64,000 nucleotides of DNA, taken from Eledone cirrhosa. Its lineage: Eukaryota. The translations under genes and the position numbers were made by a program. The stretch covers positions 184,202,001 through 184,266,000 of the forward strand of contig OZ024742.1 of the NCBI GenBank assembly GCA_964016885.1, in the 5' to 3' direction. Positions 55,890-64,000 of the stretch are shown piece after piece; within the stretch, counting starts at the first letter, position 1; every line of letters begins with the position of its first letter. Under the pieces are notes generated by a model, which made no database searches, had not been told where the DNA came from, and was given only the letters and a program-made list of their open reading frames with translations.

Positions 55890-56460
55890 AACATGCATGC
55901 ATTGTGCCATATATATGTGAGGTGTACTTTAATATAATACTGTGGCATTGCTCTATATGTATGTGGGTGGTGTACTTCAATGTATGACTGGTATTGTACC
56001 ATGTGAATGTGGGTGGTGTACTTCAATGTATGGCTGTGGTATTGTACCATGTGTATGTGGGTGGTGTACTTCAATGTGTGTAATTGTGACATTGCACCAT
56101 ATATATGTAGGGTGCACTTTAATGTATATAGACGTGGTATTGTACTATATATATATATAATAATAATAAGGGCGCTGCGGAGTTGCAAATGGGTTACATA
56201 TGAAAAAAGTGTGTCCTTCATCAGTGATCTTCCAACTATCATAGGCATTTCATCACTGGTGTACTTCAATGTATAGCAGTTGCATTGTACCATATACATG
56301 TGTGGAGTGTACTTCAATATAATGCAGTGACATTGTATCATATATATCATCATCATTTTACGTCCGCTTTTCCCTGCTTGCAAGGGGGTGTACTTCAGTA
56401 TCATGCAGTGATATTGTATCATTTATATATATGTGGGTAGCAGTAGCACTGTACCATAAG
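55890..56460. repeat. Diverged minisatellite with a unit of about 45 bp (ggtgtacttcaatgta...gtgg.attgtaccatat.tatgtgggt)
   Basis: The motifs gtgtacttcaat and attgtacca recur many times; explains the repetitive ORFs LKYTTHIHMVQY. Confidence 0.9.
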
Positions 56461-57243
56461 ATGTCTTCAATGTGAGTCTTCCTTGAACTTTGTAGAGAGA
56501 GGATTCAACAGTGATGTATGTGCTGACATTCTCTAGGTTCCATGCCTGCTCATGAAATTAACATGTAAGTGTCTAAGCATTCCACAAACACATGTACCTT
56601 TAATGCTGTTCTCAGGGAAATTCAATGTGAAACAGTGTGTGACAAGGCTAGCTCTTTGAATTACAGGTACAACTCATTTTTTCCAGCTGAATGGACTGGA
56701 ACAATGTGAAATAAAGTGTCTGGCTCAAGGACACAACACACGATTGAGAATCAAACTTACAACCGTGAACCAAACACCCTAAACACTAATCCAAGCGCAT
56801 GCACAATGAAATGTTATAAATTAGATCTAGGAGCATCTTTATGAATTGTTTTAGATTTTCATATTGACTACATTAATTCCAAACTACTCAAATGGAACAC
56901 TGACTATATTCATTCACATTAGTACTATAAATTCCTTCATTGATTTCCTATATAGTTTCTGTGATGTGGTCATGATTTTTCCACACCAGCTAGAGTGTAT
57001 TATCTTTAAAATGTTAACAATGCAGACAAACAGTGGTTGTTGCTTTCAAATATATATTTGTTTTGTTTCTGTGGGGGCGTGCTATGATGTAGTGTTATTT
57101 TCTTAAAGAATGTAATCTGCAGTATGGTTTTAGTTACTAACTTAAACTAGAATTGTTTCAATTACATGTTTTTCAAAAAGAGTGTTTAGGGTGTTTGGTT
57201 CACGGTTGTAAGTTTGATTATCATTATTATTATATATACATAC

Positions 57244-57633
57244 ATGGAGGCACATGGCTTAGTGGTTAGAGCATTGGCTTTGCAATCGAAAGGTTGTGAG
57301 TTCAATTCTCAGACTGGGTGATGTGTTGTTTCCTTGAGCAAGACACTTTATTTCACATTGCTCCAGTTTACTCAGATGTAGAAATGAGATGATAGGACTG
57401 GGGTCCCTATCATTCCACTGCAAAGAGGTCGTGGAGGTGCCACGGCAAAAAAGTACCCAACACTCACTGTAAAGTGGATGTGTAAGCCCCACGGAAAAAA
57501 AAAGCACCCAGCACTCACTGTAAATGAGGTTGGTGTTAGGAACGGCATCCAGCTGTAGAAATCAAGCCAGAATCAGTTCCCGTCCCACCCTTGCAAGCAG
57601 GGAAAAGCGGACGTAAAAATGATGATGATGATG
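57244..57633 (+). mobile_element. tRNA-derived SINE family B with internal duplication and (GAT)n tail
   Basis: A/B boxes, duplicated cacccagcactcactgtaaa segment, tail cggacgtaaaaatgatgatg. Confidence 0.9.
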
Positions 57634-58671
57634 ATACATACGGATAATAAGTGGATTCCCGATGTATATTGGGAGGTGATGATTTCTCACAAATGAAACA
57701 ATTCTAGTTCTGTAGAAGTCATTTCTATAGTGAAATATACATGTATAGGTGCAGGTGCCACCCAACTCTGTATTGCAATGAAAAGTACCCAGTCCACCCT
57801 GTAAGGTGGTTGTGTCAGGGTCAAGATAAAATGTTCCCAGTACACACTGAAAATGTTTGGCATTCAGCCATATAAACTGAAATGGAGTATATGAGAAGGA
57901 TATGTTCACCTGTATTTGACAGCCTGTCTAAGAAATGTAAGCAAAGAAAATAGACGTTAAACAATGATGATGAAGATGACGATGATGATATACCATATTT
58001 TCTTATGAAAATAAATATGAAAAATTTTGAACTAAAATTAAGGACAAAAATTGGTGTCATGTACATAAATATTTGTTTTCAGACATTTTTACTGAGCTTA
58101 AAAGTACAAATTTCAAATGATAGGATTGCAAATAGGTGTTGATGATAATTGTTTTACAAATTGCTAAATATCTAGCTGCTTTGCATCCATTAATGTCATG
58201 GGAAATTGAATATTTTAGTGAAATATGTGTTTGAAATCAAGATTTTGACAGATAACATTACTCTGTATTGTCATATTATACCTGTTTGCATATGTGCAGA
58301 CATAGCTGTGTCGTTAAAAAGTTCATTTTGCAACCATGTAGTTTTTAGTTCAATTCTATTGCACACCTTGAGCAAATGTCTTCTACTATAGCCTCAGGCT
58401 GACCAAAGCTTTCGGGGGGGGGGGGGGGGGCACTGCTTTGATGGGTTTTAAATTGGTTATATTTTAAGCCTGGTACATATTTTATTGATATCTGTTGAAT
58501 AAATAAAAAAACAAAAAAATTCTTGGAAGTTAAGTTAAAATGTAAGTACAGACACAGACACACATAGACACAAACACACACACTTAAACACACACACTTA
58601 AATATATATATATAGTGGAAAATGAGGAAAATCCTTGGTACAGTAAGTTATATTTGAAAAAAAAAGAGATG

Positions 58672-58777
58672 ACTTCACTGGTGGTTGGTATGTTTTAATA
58701 ATCAATTGTTTTATAGAAACATTTTTGTCCCTTTATAAAACATTGGATTATTAAAACATACCAACCACCAGTGAAGT
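58672..58777. repeat. Near-perfect inverted repeat (arms of about 44 bp, short loop)
   Basis: acttcactggtggttggtatgttttaataatc..tgttttata pairs with tataaaaca..gattattaaaacataccaaccaccagtgaagt. Confidence 0.93.
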
Positions 58778-59489
58778 TATTCTTCTCTTTATTCAACACT
58801 GTAAAGTGGTTGTGTAGGTGTCACGACAAAAAGCACCCAGCCCACACTGTAAAGTGGTCATGTAGGTGTCATGACAAAGATCACCCACTGTAAATGTGGT
58901 TGGCATTAGGAAGAACATCCAGCCGTAGAAACCTAACCCAAAACAGTTGTTCTATATGAGTAAGACATGGTTACCTGACCCATGTTGCCTCAAATGGGAC
59001 AACCCGTCAAACCCATGCTAGCATGGAAAATGGACGTTAAATGATGATGATGATATCTACACATACACTGAACTACCAAATAGTTTATCTCTACCAAATT
59101 TCACTCACAAGGCATTAGTCAATCTGAAGCTATAGTAGAAGAAACCTGCCCAAGATGTCATTCAGAGGGACTGAACCAAAAACTATGTGGTTGCAAAGCA
59201 AGCTTCTTAACCCCCACAGCATGGTGAAGTGTTAAATGTGGCAGTTGATCTGGTATCTGTGAGTTCAAATCTTGTATTTGTGTTGCTATACATACTCTAG
59301 TTTAAGCTAGTGACCTCACAAATTACTAACAACTATTATGGAATTACCCCAGGACTGGACAACAGAATGATAACAATCTAACCACCCTGCTCTGCTATGT
59401 ATGGTTTAAATAAAGAGTTCACTCCAAAGTTCCTGAGGAATACTGGCACCTGAAACCATATATAAAGGTGGCCTGGCTATTGTGACTAT

Positions 59490-60401
59490 TCTATATATCT
59501 AAAACAGAGAATGTCTGTCTGTCTGTCTGACTCCCTAAAACTCGAGAACCACCCAACTGATTTTTTTCAAACTTTACACATGTAATCCTTATGGTTGTGT
59601 GAGTGGTTTGAGCAAAACATATTTCAAATTTTACATGCCCTAGGGACCGCATTAGGCGCTGGTTAGCGATCTCTCTCTTTCTTAGTCTGTCTTTTTAGAT
59701 AGATACATAGCTATAACGTCGCGCCCTTATAATATCTGTCTGTATGTCTGGCTGTCTGCATTACGACTATATATATAAAACTGAGGATGTCTGTCTGTGA
59801 GTTTGAATCCCTAAAACTCGAGAAGTACCCAGCCGATTTTTTTCAAACTTTACATGTGTATTACTTATGTTTCAGGGAGTGTTTATGCATATAAAAAAAT
59901 TCAACTTTTTGATCCCCTAGGGCCTGCATTAGATGAAAAACTGCATTTTTTTTCAGCTTTTAGGGGGCTTTTTGAGGCGTTACGTCAGACCGATTTCCTT
60001 GAAATTGTAACTATGTATTAGTCAGTCTCTTCTTCATACTGCGAGCAAAGAAAATCCAACTTTTTTTATGGCCTAGGGCCCGCATTAGGTGAAAACCTTC
60101 ATTTTTTCAGCTTTTTAGGGCTTTTTTGAGGCGTTACGTCTAGTCGATTTTCCCGAAATTTCAAGGCATATTATGCACATAAAAAAAATTCATTTTCTTG
60201 ATCCCCTAAGGCCCGCATTAGGTGAAAACCTGCATTTTTCTTGCTTCATCGAGGAAAATCTTAAAGATTATCCAACCATCAGAGTATTCGGTTTATTTTC
60301 TTTATAAATTGTCCAGGCATGCAGTTTTTCCACGATTAGGTCTGTTGGCGGCCCACGTTCCAAAATACCTTATCCCGTTTAACGCCGGGTACCACTGCTA
60401 G
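59490..60401 (+). mobile_element. Non-autonomous Helitron with duplicated 5' module and internal tandem repeats
   Basis: 5' TCtatatat.taaaa..(GTCT)n; second 5' module at ~59767; repeats of ctagggcccgcattaggtgaaaa spaced about 140 bp; 3' hairpin cccg..cggg (60374-60389) followed by CTAG|T. Confidence 0.82.
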
Positions 60402-60550
60402 TGAAAACATAAAACGCAGACTGAGAAATAAAGTGCCTAACTCAAGGTCACAATCAGACGTCCATTCTTACAATTGACCTTACAATTCTGGGGGCCAACA
60501 CCCTAACCACAAGGACAAGTGTCTTCCTTAGCAGTAGACACTGTTATTAA

Positions 60551-60743
60551 CTCTTAACATCCTGTAATGATTTAACAGAAAATATTTAAAATCAGTTTTA
60601 TTAATTCAAATATTTACAGTAACATATCAGTGGACAAAATGTTGAAAAACTTTTATTTTTAATGTGATGCAGTCATAGTGTTGTTCTATACTTTTCAAGA
60701 ATACCTTGCTGATATGGTTTCATGTGGTACAGGATATTAAGAG
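60551..60743. mobile_element. piggyBac-type MITE
   Basis: TTAA on both sides; TIR ctcttaacatcctgta vs tacaggatattaagag (15/16 match). Confidence 0.8.
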
Positions 60744-61702
60744 TTAAATATGCAACCTTACATTAAAATAAAAGCTTCAACTCATGACCCTGACATTGAA
60801 CCAAAAATTACACTGAGTAAGAAAAAAGTTAGCTAAATTCATGTTTTTTTATTTATTATTTTTGTTTATAACAAATAATGGTTTCTTATATAGGCACAAG
60901 GCCAGCAATTTTGGGGGAAAGGAAAAGTTGATTAAATTGACCCCAGTGCATGACTGGTACTTTATTTTATCGACCCCGTAAGGATGAAAGGCAAAGTTAA
61001 CCTCGGCAGGATTTGAACTCAGAACTTAAAGGGCCGTAACTCTATGTTGGAAAGCATGGCGTCCAACCCTCTACCGATACCGCCAATCTACTGCCAATGT
61101 GGTTTTAACAGTCTCAGTTATTTTCTAAAATAGCTCTTGTGACTGAAAATGTTCCCCACCCCTGAGAAAGATACAACACAATGGCTGGATAATTGAACTT
61201 TTATCTATGTCTTTGGCCAGCAGCCTCCATCTTAACCTCACAGATGTTATACCTAATGCTGTGGTTAATAGCCTCCATTTTAACTTCACAGCAGTTATGC
61301 TTACATTACTATATATATGTGTGTGTGTACGTGAGATCATCATCATCATCATCATCTATTTTTTCCATGCTGGCATGGGTTCAATGGGTTGTCACTAAGT
61401 CTGATAGGTACGAGTAAATGAGCAAGTGTAAATATTTATAAAAGCTATGCGGCCATGTTTATGTATTTTCTTATTTAATAGGACGTGTTTTGATGCATAG
61501 AATTGGTAATATTACTGTAATTCATTGTGTTTTTGTTTTTATTTGTTTAGAGATCAGTTGAGCTTCTGCTACTGATATGGTACTTTAGATTCTAGCTTGA
61601 ATTCCAAGCCCCTCAAAAGTTAGTATCCATGAAATAATCAACTCCATAAATTTAATCTTAAAAAATGGTCTAAAAAATTTGACTTTTACACAAGTATAGA
61701 CA

Positions 61703-61752
<50 letters not shown>

Positions 61753-61992
61753 CGAAGAGATGGCGACGTGAATACACCTGTTGTTTTCTCAAGGAATTTC
61801 ACTTTTCGTTTCTGCTGCCACTGCCCAGTCTCCTTTATCTTTCTATTTCTTCTTTAATTTCTCATATTTTCTGATGAAGGACTAGGGTCCAAAATATTAA
61901 GACTCTTTCCTACTATATCAAGCGTAAAAGTAATAATATATTTCTTGAATGTACTGTGTTGTTTGCTTTGTTATTTCTGTTTGTCTTTTGCA

Positions 61993-62220
<228 letters not shown>

Positions 62221-62341
62221 TGTACGTATGGATTCACCGAACATTTATTATAATGCTCGGTGTGTTTGTAAACAAACATCCCGTATTAAGCCGTAGTGTC
62301 CAGCAACCATCGTTGCTCGTTTGTTCAACACTGACAAAGGA

Positions 62342-62384
62342 ACGCTGTACTAGTTTCAAGCTTATTAGCTATCGTCAGCAACAT
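62342..62384 (-). ncRNA. Minimal type I hammerhead ribozyme motif (Penelope-like element type), stem II base degenerate
   Basis: Minus strand: atgttg CTGACGA t agct-aata-agct t GAAA ctag T A cagcgt. Six-bp stem I (with G-U pairs), palindromic ACTAGT stem III, GUA cleavage triplet. Confidence 0.7.
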
Positions 62385-62453
62385 ATACCTTCCTGCCAGA
62401 TTGTTGAACGTATATACTTACCTTATGCATATTAACGGCTGAGTAGCCCAATT

Positions 62454-62520
<67 letters not shown>

Positions 62521-62577
62521 GCTAGATGGCGTAGGACAGAACAAAGGAGAGGCACAAAAACAAAGAAAAGAATCCCA

Positions 62578-62620
62578 GTCACTGAAGAGGTCACAGAATG
62601 TGTGACGAAAGAACTTTGAC
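62578..62620 (+). ncRNA. Minimal type I hammerhead ribozyme motif
   Basis: gtca CTGAAGA g gtcaca-gaatg-tgtgac GAAA g-aa-c T T tgac. Intact core, 6-bp stem II, 4-bp stem I, 2-bp stem III, CUU triplet. Confidence 0.68.
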
Positions 62621-62812
62621 AATATATAAACAACCATCTGGTTGTGGAACCAACCAACCAACCGGAAATTTATAAATTTAATATAATAAATTGAAGTGAA
62701 AGCAACTGGTGCGTGTGTTTCTTATTGGTAACATGACCCTCCCAAAGTATAACAATATCGGTTTCAACACACGTTTTCAGATAAAGAATCTTGCTAAACA
62801 AATTCACAAACG

Positions 62813-62852
<40 letters not shown>

Positions 62853-63344
62853 ATGCAAAAGGCAAACAGGCAGAGCGAAAATGGAAAAAAGAATTTTTAG
62901 AGAAAAATAACAGGTCCTTTCATGTTGCCATCTCTTGGAAAACTGTTAATGCTAGCATTTTGTGTATGATACACTTTTTTGAAAAGGTGGTGATTGAGCA
63001 GAAAGGAAAAAAAAGCATTTTGTATATAGAGTTGTACGTGTGCATGTGCATATACATGTGTGTGTTTTTATATGTCCATACGAAGCTAAGAGTGTGTGTG
63101 TGTGTGTGTGTGTTTGTAAGTATGAAGCTGTGAGCAAATGAGTGTTTATATAAGGGTGTGTGTGTGTGTGTGTGTGTGTGTACAGACTGTGAAGGTAAAT
63201 ATAGATGTGCATGTGTGTTTTTCTTAGTCTGTATAAGCTGTAAGAGTATGTTTCTGACCATAACAAAACCCATAGGAACCTATTGAGTGAATGTACATGT
63301 GCGTGTATGACAACGGAAAGGGGTAAAGGTAATAATGGCAGAGG

Positions 63345-63510
63345 TTAAAGAAATTGGGGAGAGGAGTTGAGTCCATTGGGGAAACTGGTTCCAAGGTGGA
63401 AAATCAGACTCTGCTCAGTCCTGGTGTGCAAGGCCTGTGAAGAACTGAGATATGTAGGGAAGAGTGGCCTGGAGATCGGAAATGATGAGCAATGTGGGTA
63501 TCTATACCAA
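63345..63510 (-). mobile_element. Penelope-like element GIY-YIG endonuclease C-terminal remnant
   Basis: RTEQSLIFHLGTSFPNGLN resembles the conserved C-terminus (E..LI..L.T..P.GLN) of PLE GIY-YIG domains. Confidence 0.65.
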
Positions 63511-64000
63511 GTCATATATATATATATATATACTATCATAGTTTTACGGATGTTTCTCTAGGCTTACTTTTCCAGCACAGCATCACCACTTGCTTCTTTC
63601 ATTTGTAAGATTTAGTATTCTGAGATCAGCTTTCACCACACCATCTTCCTTGGTCTTCCACTTCTACAGCTTCCTTCTACATGGAATTCCAGACACATTT
63701 TCACCTAACCTCAATGATCATCATCCGTACTCATTATCTGTCTGCAACAGTGTAATATTTTCTCCTGCATACTACATGATTCCTTTCATACCCAGTAACT
63801 GTTAAGATAGTCTTTCCTCTATAATTCCCTCCTCTACCACCACTCCATTACTTGTGGATCACTCCATCCTTAACCATTATTTCACTCAGATCATTGTTTC
63901 TTTCATCTTACTGTTTAATTGTGTAGTTTGTTTTAATTTTTATTTTGCAATTGTGGAAAACAACTGCTCACTTCTCGGTGAAAGTTAAACTGAAAGTGTA

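Noticed and set aside
55883-56422. 179-aa repetitive ORF
   Set aside because: Translation of a 45-bp minisatellite; no splice signals or domain similarity recognised.
57250-57320. tRNA gene-like A/B boxes (also in many other SINE heads)
   Set aside because: No cloverleaf; each continues into a SINE body and tail.

Overview
AT-rich, intron- and repeat-dominated eukaryotic DNA. The repeat families, (TA)n microsatellites and gene structure suggest a mollusc, probably an octopod cephalopod (inference). The one clear host gene is a glycogenin (GT8 family) on the minus strand. I reconstructed six phase-consistent coding exons by hand (27771 down to 5505, 265 codons); the C-terminal exon(s) are not visible in the window. 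The rest is mobile DNA: a decayed mariner, a near-complete but disrupted CR1-type LINE, several RTE remnants, three CRE-type (RLE) retroelement 3' fragments, a Merlin/IS1595-like foldback element, a non-autonomous Helitron, piggyBac- and hAT-type MITEs, many tRNA-derived SINEs and a U6 3' fragment. The most notable non-obvious signals are a cluster of minimal hammerhead-ribozyme motifs next to a Penelope-type GIY-YIG remnant (61.9-63.5 kb), the Merlin foldback just upstream of the glycogenin start exon, and several near-perfect 75-110 nt hairpins. I do not see evidence for a wholly new multi-gene system. Most listed ORFs are spurious.
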